A stretch of 64,000 nucleotides of DNA from the human T2T-CHM13v2.0 reference genome, Homo sapiens, in NCBI RefSeq assembly GCF_009914755.1, contig NC_060926.1. One strand, written 5' to 3'. The notes beneath the pieces are model-generated. The model saw nothing but the letters and a program-made list of their open reading frames with translations, was not told the DNA's origin and did no database searches. Below, in pieces: positions 1 to 16,464 of the stretch (position 1 is the first letter of the stretch; the number at the start of each line of letters is the position of its first letter). The position numbers were made by a program, and so were the translations under genes.

Positions 1-294
1 GAATCCAATTCAGATCCTACTGGTCAGAGAAGGGACGGCCAGAACATAAGGAAGTAAGAACGAAGGGAGAACAATGTCAAGGAGAGAGAAAAGGAGGAGG
101 AGGCGGAGGTGGAAGGGAAAAGCTCCTTGGAGATTCATCTGAGTATACTTGTCTAAGTATGCTTGTATGGACATGTAATCATACAAAATAGATACCATTA
201 ATTATCTAGGGTATGACTGTATGATGTAAATTATTCTTTGCGTTTTTATAATTTAAATATGAAACTCACTAGATCTCCAACTTCGAGAAAGACA

Positions 295-400
295 GGGGGC
301 TGTAGGACATTGTGCCTATAATGAACAATACTGTATTGAATACCTAAAAATTTAAGAGGGTAGATTTCATATATGTGTTCTTACCACAATTTTAAAAAGA
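295..400 (+). mobile_element. Old L1M 3'-end fragment
   Basis: aacaatactgtattg...aagagggtagatttcat...ttcttaccacaattttaaaa resembles the L1MB/MC/ME 3' terminus. Confidence 0.6.
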
Positions 401-404
401 ATAA

Positions 405-2128
405 TATCCACAAATCATGTCTGACAAAGGACTAGTATCCAGAACATGTAATAAATTACTACAATAGACTCGTGTTAGCCTTAAGGACACAATAGACTGA
501 AAATGAAAGGATGAAGAAAGACATTCTATGGTAACGATAATTAAAAGTATTGTCTTATATCAGACAAAATACACACTTTTTGGTAAAAATCTGTCACAAA
601 AGACAAAGAAGGTAACTATATAATGATAAAGGAATCAATTCATCAGGAGGATATGGACCTAACATTGGAATACTTAATATATTAAGCAAATATTAACAGA
701 GCAGAAAGGAGAAATACAGCAATACGATGACAGGGGTCTTCAATACCACATTTTTAACAGTGGATAGATCATCCAGACAGAAAAGCAATAAGAAAACATC
801 AGACTTGAACAACACTATAAACCAAATGAGCCTACCAAATATATAAGAACATTCCACCCAACAGTAGTAGAATATATATTTTTATCAAGTGCTCAGAGAA
901 CATTCTACAGGATAGGTCATATGTTGAGTCACAAAACATGTCTTAACAAATTTAACATGATTGTAATCATCTTAAGTACCTTTTCTGAGCATAATGGTAT
1001 ATAAAACCAGAAATCAATAACAAGAAGTTATAAAAACTCAGAAATATGTGGAAATTAAACAATACACTTCTAAATAACCAATGGGTCAAATAAATTAAAA
1101 AGGGAATAAAAATATATTAAGACAAATAAAAACAAACACAATATATCAAAACTTAAGGGATGCATAAAAAGCAATTTTAAGAGGGAAGTTTATTCTTATT
1201 AGAATTTATTAGGTATCAGAATTATTAGATATTTATTAATACCTACATTAAGGAAAATAAAAGTTCTCAAATAAACAACCTAAATTCACACATCAAGGAA
1301 CTACAAAAAGAACCAACTAAGCACAACGTTAGAAATGATAAAGATCAGAGCATAAGAAATGAAATAGAGACTAGAAAAAAATAGAAAAGATCAATAAAAC
1401 TAAGAGTTAGCTTTCTTGAAAAGATAAACAAAATTGACAAGCCCTTAGCTTGAGCAAAGGACCTAAATAGACATTTTTCCAAAAAAGACATACAAATGAC
1501 TATTGGGTATATGAAATAGTGCGCAAAATCAAAAGTCATCAGAAAGATGCAAATCAAACCACAATAAGATAAAACCACCCTACAACTTGTTAGGATGGCT
1601 ATCATCAAAAATACAAGATATAATGAACGTTGGTGAGGGTGTGGAAAAAAAGAAACCCTCGTATACTGTTATTGGGAATGTAAATAAATACAGCCATTTT
1701 GGTAAAGAGAATGGAGGTTCCTCAGAATATTAAAATGAGTCAGGTGTGGTTGCTTCTGTCTGTCATCAAAGCTACTCAGAATGCTGAGGTGGGAGGACTG
1801 CTTGAGGCCAAGACCAGCCTGGGCAATATAGAGAGATACTGTGTCTCTGAAAATATCAACAACAACAACAACAACAAAAACCCAAAAACAGAAAACAATG
1901 AAAAGAAAAACAGTTAAAACTATAGTTACCGTATGATCCAGTAATCCCACTTCTGGGTATATAGCCAAAGGAAATGAAATCAGTATCTCAAAGAGATATC
2001 TGCACTCCCGTGTTCACTAGAGCATTCATATTCATATTCACATTAGCCATGAAAGCAACTTAAGTGCTCATTACTGGTCAATGGAGAAAGAAAATGGTGT
2101 ATATATACAATGGAATACTATTAAGCCT
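405..2128 (+). mobile_element. Decayed L1M (L1MA/MB-type) ORF2: endonuclease/linker region joined directly to the C-terminal region
   Basis: EN-region motifs from about 465 to 1450 (aagaacattccacccaacag, ttaaacaatacacttctaaataaccaatggg), then gcaaaggacctaaatagacattt...atgcaaatcaaaccacaat from 1451. Confidence 0.85.
1738..1880 (+). mobile_element. Free left Alu monomer (FLAM-like) with (CAA)n tail, inserted in the L1
   Basis: caggtgtggt...gctgaggtgggaggactgcttgaggccaagaccagcctgggcaatatag, single arm only. Confidence 0.75.
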
Positions 2129-2195
2129 AGTGTGGGGATCTTTTACAACCTTGGTTAATTTCTAAACATTAAATTTTAGATTAATAATTTTTCTA

Positions 2196-4370
<2,175 letters not shown>

Positions 4371-4384
4371 TCCTAGACATACTC

Positions 4385-5105
4385 TTATCATCAGCCCAGT
4401 AACTGCATTGCTTGGTATTACTCAAATGAGTTGAAAACTTATGTCCACATAGGAATCTGGGAATGGATGTTTAGAGCAGCTGTATTTATAATTCCCAAAT
4501 CTGGAAGCAACCAAGATGTCCTTTAGTAGGTGAATGGATAAATAAATGGTGTTATTTCCAGACAAGGGAATATTATTTAGTACTAAAAAGAAATGGGCTA
4601 TCAAGCTATGAAAAAACACAAAAGAACCTAAAATGCATATTACTAAATGACAGAAGCCAATCAAAAAAGCTACATATTGTATGATTCCAACTATATGACA
4701 TTCTAGATAAGGGAAAATTATGGAGACAGTAAAGGATCAGAGCTTGCTAGGGGACAGAAGAAAGGGAGGGATGAATAGGTGCAAAACAGATGATTTTTTA
4801 GGACAAGGAAACTATTCTCTATAAAATTACAATGGCAGATTCATGTTACTATATATTTGTCCAAACCCATAGAATGTACAACACGAAGAGTGAACCCTAA
4901 TGTAAAGTATAGACTTTGGGTAATAAGGATGTGTCACTGTATATTCACTGATTATAATAAATGTGCCACTCTCGTGCAGGGTGTTGATAGTGGAGGAGGC
5001 TATACATGTGGTAGAGCAGGGAGTATATTGGAACTCTGTACCTTCCACCCAATTTTGCTGGGAACCTAAAACTGTTCCAAAAATTAAAGTCTGCTAAAAA
5101 TTTAT
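4385..5105 (+). mobile_element. L1MC1/2-type 3' end
   Basis: Diagnostic 3'UTR tttgtccaaacccatagaatgtacaacacgaagagtgaaccctaatgtaaa...gactttggg. Confidence 0.85.
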
Positions 5106-6591
5106 TTATAAAAAGGGCAGAGGAAAGTGAAGGCTAACTCTAACATATTCTCAAAGGTTTTCTTTTTAGTAGGAAATGTGATTAAAATTGATAATAATGA
5201 AGTCTAATAGCAAATGCCAAACCAGTACTCCAAATGTATTTATAAATTTTTTCTAAAGTTCAATTCTCCTATCTTCTTACAATTGAGAACTAAGACAGAT
5301 AGACATGGCTTTTTAATTAAATAAGGAATTAATCTCCCATAAATGAGAAGATAGCCACAAGCACGAAGAGTCCTTCCTGCTGCTGCTAAATAAATAGGCA
5401 GATCAATCTCCATCTGGCTGTACCATGTGCATTGAGAAGAAATGAGGATCTAGGCACTTGCAGTGAGTGACTAATGTTAATGACAACATACATTTACCTG
5501 GAGAGAGGCATTGTTTTAAGAGGAATAAACCTAGAAAACTGGAGAAGCTTATTTCTATGTCTTGCCTAACATATAAGAATAATCAGTAAATAAGGAAATT
5601 AGTGGGTTGAATCTCAAAAGGTAAACTAAAAAACAATTTCACTTCAAGATTTAAAAAAACGAAGACGATTATCATTTTCTACCAGTTCATGGAGTCCATG
5701 GGCACTGGGGGCCTTTACAAAAATGAAGTACTGCTTTTTATCTAAGGAAATATTCTAAATGATGGATATGACTATTTTAGCTATATTCACTGAATTAAAT
5801 CAGTAATTTTTGCAATATGTGGTTCCTTATGAAGGAGGAAGAGTTAAGGAAAGTAAAGAATATAACAAATGGCAGAACAATAGCAGGCTATATGGCATTG
5901 GATTTTCCCTTAGTATTCCATAGACAAATAATAGCCAAGGATAACAAAGATGTTCTACGATTTCAACCTACAATCTTGGGATCCCAAGATGAAAGGAGTA
6001 TTTGTAATTGCTGAAGACTTTCATATTAATAGATTTTAAAAGGTCAAAAAAGTTAAGTCAGTGAACTAGTTACAATCTAATCCCTTTAAATCTATTATTT
6101 CAATATGCAACTCCCACCCTAGAATATCAAAAACAAATATTCACTTTACACATTCCTTTTTATACATATAAAATATTCTTTTCATTAAAATACATAGATC
6201 TATGTAAAGTCACAATTTTCCTCCAAGGTTCCCAAATGCTTCACAATTTTTCAAAATAAGGGTCAATTTCACCATATATCTTTTAGAACAAGGCCTCTCC
6301 CAGTTGGCAATCAGCAGTGCTTCTGTGCATAATCTCTAGGAAAGTTGAAGATCTGCCATGAAAGGGGTGGGTTTCCTGAGAGATGAGAAAGACTGGTGTT
6401 CCAAAGCAGTAACTTTATATCCTTGATATTTTTACTATGCTTTTAAGAACTTAATTTTATCCATGTGTTTGTTTGGCACTGATTATTCTGCCATATGAAC
6501 ATATATCCGAAGCTATGGCTATCTGAAATTTTACATTGAGAAAGCATTCTGCAGGACATTTAACAGAACAGTGAAAATCAATTCTCTAGAA

Positions 6592-6890
6592 AAGCACTGT
6601 CTAAACAGAAATGTAAACCACATGAGTAATTTTTAGATTTCTAGAAGACACATTACAAAAAGAAACAAGTAAAATTAATTCTAAAATTAAGAATATATTT
6701 TATTTAACTCAATATATCTAAAATATAATTTCAACATGAAATTAATATTTTTGAAATTATTGAGATATTTTGTATTCTTTCAAAATCCAGTATGTACTTT
6801 ACACTTACAGCACATGTCATTTTCTGACTACCCACAATTCAAGTGCTCAACAGCTTTTTTGGCTGGTAGCAATAGTATTGAACATTGTAG
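6592..6890. mobile_element. MER33/MER3-type hAT-Charlie DNA transposon
   Basis: Termini agcactgtc.../...ttgaacattgtag, internal tcaagtgctcaacagc; 8-bp TSD ctctagaa/ctctagat. Confidence 0.85.
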
Positions 6891-7071
6891 CTCTAGATGA
6901 CATTGATTATAACAAACGGAAACCAAAATGAAGTACGTAAAGAATGACTTAAGATTCTGGAATGACAAGGAAAGGGCACTATCAAAACCCATAGCAATAT
7001 GAATTCTATTTTTATATTGGCTATGAAATTGGAATTGAAGGAAATGCCCATGATACTACACTACGGCTTCT

Positions 7072-7424
7072 TGTGTTAGTCTATTCAGGCTGTTATAGTA
7101 AAATACCATACATTGGGGAGCTTATAAACAACAGAAATTTATTTCTCATTTCTGGGATGGGAACTCCAAGATCAAGGCACCTACAGATTCAGTGTCTAGT
7201 CGGACCTGCGTTCTGGTTTATAGATAACACCTGCTTATTGTAGGCTCACAGGTAGAAGGAGTAAGGGATCTCTCTGGGGTCACTTTCGTAAGGACACTAA
7301 TCCTATTTACAAGGTCTCTGTCCTCTTGACCTAACCTAAAGTCCCCACCTCCTAATATAGTTCCCTTGAAGTTTAGGATTTCAACATATGAATTTTGGGG
7401 GAACATAAATATTCAGATCATAGG
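7072..7424 (-). mobile_element. MaLR solo LTR (MLT1A-type)
   Basis: ttagtctattcaggctg...cttataaacaacagaaatttatttctca...tccaagatcaaggcacc...atgaattttgggggaaca. Confidence 0.85.
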
Positions 7425-8134
7425 ACTTTTATTCAGTTCCCATTATGAGAAAATTCTCTTGGTATTTGGAACTTAAAAAATGTTGCCCTCTTAGATAATG
7501 AGAGAGCTATATATTTTGTATATGCTTCAACAAGCCTGTCAGTACATTTTTATTATCTCTCTACAAATCCTTTACTTGTATTCTTCTCTTCATCTCATTT
7601 TTGCTTTCTTATATCTAATTTATTCATTTTTCAAATTTATCATGTTGAAAGTGGTCACAAATCACTTTTGGAAAGCAATAGGATATAACGTTTTTAAAAT
7701 GAAGACAGCTGATCAGCATATAAGTTTCAGGATAAAAACTCTCTGCCTCAGTTTCCCCAGCCAATGATGACAGTAGCAAACTTGAGCTACAACTGCAAAT
7801 ACTGCAACTTGTTTTATAAGTGTACAATATAAAATAAATGCTGATCGTTAACAAGAAAAATATTAGGACTAATGTTCAGGACTCTTGAGCAAGGTGGAGG
7901 TATGGCATACATCACAAAAAAAGCTGAGAGTCAGAAAATTATAAAGGTAGGTTCCACATGGGGTGTTTCTCAGGTTAAAAGAGCTACATTTTTTTAAAAA
8001 GTCAGCATGACCCATTCCAAGCTGAAAGGAGATGATGTTTCTCTCATATATATTTCATATATGGTCTTACAATCTGCTAGCAAAACTTAGTCTCATACTC
8101 TAAATTAATGTCCACAGAAAATGAACATATCATT

Positions 8135-8285
8135 GGCTGAGGTAATGGGGATTCTAGCCCTTGTAGAATTTACTAGCTATGTGACCCTAGGCCAAACATG
8201 TAAGTTCTCAGTGCCAGATGTCTCAGCTGTAAAATGAAGATAATAATATTTCACTTGTTTAAAGCTATGGGACTGAATCGAATAC
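8135..8285 (+). mobile_element. MIR
   Basis: Core ttactagctatgtgaccctagg...ctcagctgtaaaatgaagataata. Confidence 0.75.
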
Positions 8286-8297
8286 ACTCTTGAGGTC

Positions 8298-9075
8298 TGT
8301 GATATAATAAGGAATATATCTGGTCTTTGTCCCTGGCTCCTGGCATAGAGCTTCAAAAACTCGTGGAATTTCCTGAGTGATGGAATATCTTTTGTTATTT
8401 ATAACGAGCTCCTTTTGGCAATATCTGAGTTTATGTTAATGAGGTAACTGATGGTGGGGTCTTAGAGAATCTGAAGGGAGGGGCTGGCCATGCCATAAAG
8501 ACCAATTATGGGATTGAACAGTTGGAGCTTTGAGCCCCATCCCTGACCTCCAGGAGGCGAGAAGTACTGGAGATTGAGCTCAATCATGTGACTAATGATT
8601 TAATCAATCTTGCCTATGCAATAAAACCCCATATAAAAACTCTGGACACTAAAACACAGTGCAGTTTCCTGATTGGTGAAAACATTGATAAGCTGAGAGG
8701 GAGACACACTCAGATTCCATGAGGAGTGGACATGGAAGATTGCTATTCTCCCCACCTCAGCCAAGCCCTATGTGTCTCTTCCATTTGGTTGTTCCTGAGT
8801 TGTATCCTTTATAATAAAACTATAATTGTAAGTACAGAGCTTTCAGTGAGTTCTGTGAGTTGTTCTAGCAAATTATTGAAACTGAAGGGATTGTGGGGAG
8901 CCTTAGTCTGTGGTTGGCTAGGCAGAAGTGCAGGTGGCCCGAGGACACCAGAGACTTGCAACTAGAGTCTGAAGTGGGGCAGTCTTGTCGGACTGACCCC
9001 CAATTTGTGGGGACTCTGCTGACTCTGGGAAGTTACAGTTAGATTGAATTGTAGGATACTCAGTTGGTGTCAGGG
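8298..9075 (+). mobile_element. MER21-type ERVL LTR
   Basis: Starts tgtgatataataagg, contains ctcctggcatagagct...ggaatttcctgagtgat, ends cagttggtgtca. Confidence 0.85.
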
Positions 9076-10529
9076 AATTGTGGTCAGAACATAAAGTCCA
9101 ATCCAGATTAAGGGCAGTACAACTCGATATTGGGTCCATTTTAATAACTAGGTTATAGCCATATATGTCCCAGCAGAAGTAACTGTGAAAACTATTGGCC
9201 TTGGATGCAATAAAATAACAATATGCATTTTTATCTACATGGCCACTTCTTCAATGAATTGAAAATTTAAATATATTATATTAAAACAGTCTTCATTATT
9301 AAAGACCGTTTTTGATAATGGCATAGTAAAACATTATGCATATCTTTCCTAGAAGAAGTTAACATTTTCTATATTTTCTAGTTTTCCTTCTTTGCTTCAT
9401 GGAATTGTTCTAGGATTCGTTGATAACTTTTCCCCCAATATAGAATTTTAATGTAAAGTATTAAAACAATGATCTAACATCCAGGCTAAATTTATGCAAT
9501 TAGATCAATATTAACATAGATAACAGTCTGTCATTCTGCTTATAAATGCTAATGAATTTATTTTCAGAGGTCAAGAGCTAGACTTAGGATCTATCTTATT
9601 AGAGAATATAAACTTGGAACTAAGAGCTCAGTTTGATGTGGTGTTTTCCCTTTTCTCTTTTCCTAAAACAAACAAATTTTAAAAAATAAAAAGGAGAAGA
9701 GAATCTCTGCCAGTGAAATCTGAGACCTTAAGCTGGTAGTTATTAGGTAAGGCGTCAAAGATTTGACTTCAGACACAACAGGAGCTCTAAAGGAAGCATT
9801 AGGCATTTGAACTCTTAGGTACTGCTGAGAGAAAGAGATTGGTGTTTAAAGGGAATTTAGATTAGTTTGAGGAAAAGGAAATGAACTTTTTCTCAAGCTA
9901 CATAAGCAACTTCTTTCCATGATAGACTGGTGCTTTTTAAGGAATATCTCAAGTGCCAGTAGGTATGGAGGATAAATCAGCATTTCAAGTATTAAAAGCA
10001 GCCCTGTCTTTAAAATGTTCCTTGTTGAAAAAGCCCTCACAAATGCTTTTGTAGGGGAGAGTCAAGAACCTCACCCTTTCCCCTGGTTAATTGTCTGGGC
10101 AGGGGATCATGCTACACCTTGTTTCCATCCATTGACGGGCAGACAGCTGAGAAAGAGATTCCAGTGAGTCAGAGGGGAAGGGCAGGCCTCAAGCAGTCTG
10201 ACAGCTGGATTTGGTAAAAAAGTGAGGAGACCTGAAATTCTCCAGAAAGGTACATCATTCAGAATGAAAGGCGAGAGAATGACAGAAAGAAGAAAAATTT
10301 TATTAGGAAAATTTTACTGATGCCTACAAAGAAAACAAATTAAGAATAATTTCTCTTTTATTTGTGGTCCCATTATATGTTTGGTGTTATTTACAATTAA
10401 ACGGTTCATAGTCATTTGGCTTAACAATAGCGACGTAAGAAAAATAACCACTGAACTTCTCAGAGGAAGTGAAATAAATACCTTGTTTCTTCCCTTTCAA
10501 ATCAATTTCTGAAAGACTTGTTTACAAAC

Positions 10530-11170
10530 ACTGACTCAACGTCTTTATCTTCCATTCATTCCTCAACTGCAATCTGGTTTACACCACCCTACTTCCACTA
10601 AAAGTACTCTTTCTTTGGCTTCCTTCTTACTAAAGCAACACTTTTTATGTCCTTAGGACATTTGCATATAACCTGTAATATATGGGACATGCTTATACTG
10701 TAAAGTAATTTGTTTATCTGAAACTCACTTTTTCCCCTGAACTTCAAATTTAATCAGGCATCCTGTTTTTTATCTGGCAACCCTACTTCTAACTGGTTTT
10801 TACATCTAGTCTTGCCTCTCTCCTATGGATTTATCACCCTTTTGCTATAATTATTTTTCCAAAGTAGAAAATGACCATGACACTCTCATAACATAAACAG
10901 CTCTCAGTGTTCTTAGAATAAAGTATATGCTTCTTAATACATCTTGCAAGATCTAACAATAACTTATCTTTCCATGAATTCCTTATGACCACCCCACTTC
11001 ATTTCACCCTATTCTTTAGTCAAAATGAACTAGTTTTAGTCCTCTAATTTAAGAGACCTCTTCAGTATGCTCTTTATTTTCTCTCACAATTTGTACATAC
11101 TATTGCCTTTCAGAACACACTTCCTCACCTACTTCACCACACTTGATGGGTAACACCTAGTCATCTAGTC
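10530..11170 (+). mobile_element. Highly decayed L2 fragments
   Basis: ctgcaatctggttt...ttccactaaa and ctaactggt...cttagaataaa are L2-like motifs. Confidence 0.5.
10670..10785. mobile_element. Half of a MER53-type hAT MITE
   Basis: gggacatgcttatact...tttatctgaaa...ttcaaatttaa...tatctggcaacccta matches one arm of the palindromic MER53. Confidence 0.75.
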
Positions 11171-12332
11171 CAATTGGGGATTTTAGTGCAACCCATTTAC
11201 ATATAACAAATTACTGAAAAAATTCTAAAAGGGATTAGCTGAGTTGCACAAATTCATAGCTATTAGTGGTTAAACAAAAACAAAAACATGGGCCTCAATT
11301 CACCCATCCAAATGTACATTATCCCACTAGTGACCCTACCATACCACCTGCTCCTTCCAGAAAAGGAGTAGAAAATAGAGTAGAAGGAAAATAGAGTCAA
11401 CTACCAGCACAGAACATTAAAGGCAAGGCTTTAAAAAGCCTATACATTGACTTACTAGCTTTTGGAACGTCAGGTTTTCTAAATGGAAGTGTTGGCAATG
11501 ATATTTCCTTCAATTTTTCTAAATTTCAATCTTAGAAATATGCTATTGAGAATGCTAAGGTGATATTTGGGTTTTTCTCTCTCTCTCCTTTTCTTTCTTT
11601 CATGCACATAAATGCAAATAGATTAAAGAGAAAGAAAGAGGACAAATTTTAATACTGTAATACTAGAAGTAGATTAAATATATGATTTAATTAAAACAGC
11701 AGAATCCAAATCAGAATCTGTTAAATGTTGGCATGCTGGAGTGAGTAATGATGGAAAGGCATATTTTTAAAAATGTCTTACTTAAAAAAAAAAAGATAAA
11801 AGTTAGGACTGTAATCATTTTTTTTTTTTTTGAGATGTGTAAGGCGTTATCTACATAAAGGCAGTAGATGGATTAAAATGTTATGGGAACTTCTTGTAGA
11901 CCTGTGTAGAAATCTGTCAACTTGCAACAATTAAAATAATTTCTAAATAGACATGGTATTTAATATGGTTTCCTGGTTTATACCCTATAAAAGCGCTCAA
12001 TTAATACAGTTTACTGACGTCCGCCCTAACAACATGAAGTGAGGGCCAAAAAATATATTAAATGTACCAGTGTAAACACTGGGAGACAAGCAAGAGCAGT
12101 GAATGCATCAGAAATTCTTGGGAGATTGGGGCATACTATGAACATTAGGACTTTGGCCTACATGGGTGAAAGGAAGAACAAATGGCTTGAAGGAAGGAGG
12201 GGCACCCGTGCTAAATAAGTAAAATAATTTTCAGCTGAAGCGATGTTTGGAGTTCGTTGATAGAGCAGAAAGAGATGGCCACACACTGCCCTTGAGCTAA
12301 TGGTGAGGTCTCTGGTTTGGAATGATGATTAA

Positions 12333-12810
<478 letters not shown>

Positions 12811-15521
12811 GTAATGAAAACTTTAAATAATTGTTTCTTAAAATTTCTAGTAAAAAAAAAACAACAGTAAAAAGGCTTTGGAAATTAAGAAATTCCTACG
12901 ATATACTATTTTAACTGTGACAAAACATGTTTTACCAAGTCTGGAACCAGGGTCAAGTGATATGAAAATAGTAATAACCACAACATAGTTTTCTTCTTTG
13001 AAATGGCATTACTTATTCTTTCTGGTCCATGAAACTTAAGGTGTAGCTCTCAAAGTTGCAAAAAGTAAGAAATGAAATCTGAAACAGTTAAGATTGAAAA
13101 TGCAGAGAAAGAAGGATGGAGCAGCAAGCTTCGGATCACAACTAAAAAATAAATCTGTCCCTCTCCTTTTCAAAACCATGTATCAGGAAAATGGTCTTTT
13201 AGAAACTATTAGTTGAATAAGTTAGATCTCCCCCTGCCACTGGCTCCCCCACCCCAATATCCCTTGAAATAAAACCAGAAGGAAACAGCTAAACAGTTTC
13301 AAAGAGCAACCAGCCACTGTCCATAGTTAGAGATGGAATAAGTACCATATTTACCAAACAGCCAGACAGAATTTCAGGGTATTGAAGGAACTTGCCACAG
13401 AAAAGAAGTTCATTTGTGAATTATGATCTTTCATGTAGTAGATCCTTTGTACTCCCTCATCACGAACATTCTTGGCATCCAAGGTAAGTTCTACTACCAG
13501 AAACAGTACTTTGTTTGTGTTGGCCAATCTCTGAAAGCCAATAGCATGGCTTGACAATGATGTATGTCAGGGTTAGAGCAGCATGATCCATCTCCATTTT
13601 CTTGACAAGGATGGCATCTTAGGCCACGATAAGGAGGAACAGGTTGCTTGCCCCCACTGTTCAGGTTGGCAGCACCTACTATCAAATGACCAGGTATCTG
13701 GCAATGGGCTCAGAGAAACAATGACTGCCTTATCTTCTGGAATTCAAGGAACTTCAGCCCATAAACTAAAATAACTGCTGAGTGGGTACTACTCATTGAC
13801 CCATGTCTGAGAAAAGCCCTCTCAGAGAGTATAGGGTCCATCATCTGTAGTCAAAAAGAAGTGACATTGCCATTTGAATGGCCAGGAGGGCTTCTATTTG
13901 GGTCTCCATAGCTAAGAAAGGCATATCATAAAAGCACAGCACCGAGCAAGGACAAGCCTTGTAGGCATGGTCAGATAAGAGCAAACAAAGCAGAGCTTTT
14001 GTACTGCCTATTTTTGATGACAAAAAGATTTGCAGTTTGTGTACTTCCCACACCATTTTAGATCTAAGGATCCAAACTCAATCCTGCTTTTAAAAAGAAC
14101 TGGTAAGGGCCTGGGAGGTGGAGGAGAGACAATCTATAAATTCCCAAAGAAGCTTTTACATAAATTGACTGAGAGTTGTGTGCCTGAGAAAATGATATCA
14201 GACTATGGTCGCTATTTTCATCCTACACATTCCCACTGCACTTGAGTTTTCGGTATAATTTCTTATATAAAATATCTGCAGTGTGCCAGCTCCTACAGAG
14301 AAAACAAGGAACACAGAGAATGAATGAGCTATTGATTACTGTATGCATATATACACATACTCATATATATAATTGCCAACTTATTGATTCTCCCTTGTAA
14401 ATCTATACGTTTCACTGCAATTATTAAATTCAAATGAGAATTTTGAAACACTAATACAGAATGAAACTGAAAAAAAGGAAACCAAATGATAAAATGAAAG
14501 AAGAAGGTATGCTCTAACAAAGATTGGCGACTCAAATCCCTATATATTTCCAGTAGAGAATGAAAGCATTAATTGTAAAAAACATAAAATATTTCTCTGA
14601 TTCCATTAACCAGTCGAACAAGCAAGAGACAAAATTCATTAGCCATGGAACTTTTCTCATAAACCAAGTTATAGTCTTCATGATCTTAAGCAATAACAAC
14701 TATCCTTAGATTTCCACATGTGCAGTGCACTGCAAATTATAGAAAACAAGTTTATTTTTCTGCATACAAACTTGAAGTCTATCATCAATCTTCTGACTTA
14801 ATGTTTCTCAGATGAGAGACTGCAGAAAGAAGCAGCTTATTTTAAAATTATAATTCAGAAGGATGAGGCTAAGGATAGCAGGTAAGGGATTGAAAATTAT
14901 TGATACTGAAACACACAACATGTCCTTCAGTAGTCCACCCATAGGAAATTTGCATTTTAAAGCACTATAAATTCTCTAACAAAAGGGACATCTGTTATTT
15001 TCATTTAACCTAGTAGATGAAGTTTAAATTTTTATTGGGTTCAAACTTCCTCCATTTGTCTCTCTTTAAACCTTACATTCTTAAGATTGCTCTCTTTTAA
15101 TTCTTGAGGAGGTATCAAATGTCTAAGATATAATTGGTAAAGCATCCTTTGGATAAGGTATTAAAAATATTTTTTAATTGAAAAGGAAGTACATTTAAAA
15201 TGTTTTATAAGAATTCCTTAGTATGAAATGGTGCTGTTTGCTACAATGATTAAACATTTCCAAGATTTATTTAATTTCACGTAAAGCCAACTTTTATTTT
15301 TAAAATACATTTCTACTAGTATGTTCAGGTTCAGATACCCAGGTTTCCAAAATAAATTTATTCATATTCTTTAGTTTCTTCTGACGTTCAGGACTGCCTA
15401 GCTAACATGTTGTACTATGGCAACTCTGATCTCATAACCACACTAATGTCTCTACCAGAATACCACAGTGCTTCAGATCTTAACTAGACAGTTTGATTTT
15501 CCTGTGAAACCAACATTATCC

Positions 15522-15706
15522 AGCCAGGCATGGTGGTAGATGCCTGTAGTCCTAGCTACTCAGGAGGCTAAGGCAGGAGGATTGCTTAAACCCAGGAATT
15601 CAAGGCTGTAGTGTGCTATGATTGCCCTTGTGAATAGTCACCATACTCCAGTCTGGGCAACATAGCAAGATCCTGTATCTCAAACAAAAAAACAAACTAA
15701 CTAACT
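15522..15706 (+). mobile_element. FAM (fossil Alu monomer)
   Basis: Single monomer retaining the 7SL-derived gtgaatag segment absent from dimeric Alu; TSD aacattatcc/aacattaccc. Confidence 0.85.
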
Positions 15707-16464
15707 AACATTACCCCAAAGTAAACAGTATAAGGCAGACTATATGAGAGAGTCCCAACTTAAAGAATCACATATAAAGTTTCTTTTAGTAAAAAATTAT
15801 TGACCTTATTACATAGCCATTGACTTTACAAGAGCCCCTGATAGCAAACACCCAACGCTTGCTTTCTGCTTGCATATACTCTAAATATAGTAGTCTTCCC
15901 CTTATCTGCCATTTCACTTTCCATGGTTTCAGTCATCTATGGTCAACCACTGACTGAAAATATTATATCGCTGCCCTTGCATTGTGGGGCCATTATTGGT
16001 GTAAAATAAGAGTCACTTGAACACAAGTACTGCCATACTAAGAGAGCAGAACTGAGAAGTGAGACGGCCACTAAGTGACCAACGATTAACAGGTAGGTAG
16101 CATATAGACCATGAATACACTGGACAAAGGGATGATTCATTTCCCTAAGTGGGACAGTCAAGATTTCATCACACCACTCAGAATGGTGCACAATTTAAAA
16201 TGTGTGAATTGTTGACTTCTGGAATTCTCTTCACTTCATCTCATCACACAGGTGTTTTATCATCTGACATCAATATAAAAAGATGAAGGGTAAGTATAGT
16301 ACAGTAAGATATTTTGAGAGACAGACACCATATTTATATTACATAACAGCATATTGTTATAATTGTTCTATTTTATTATTGTTGTTGTTAATATCTTATT
16401 GTACCTAATTTATAAACTAAACTTTAACATAGGGAGGCATGTATAGGAAAAAGCATAGTATATA

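Noticed and set aside
15522-15706. Possible 7SL RNA gene
   Set aside because: Lacks most of the S domain, is diverged, and has an A-rich tail and TSD: a FAM retrocopy.
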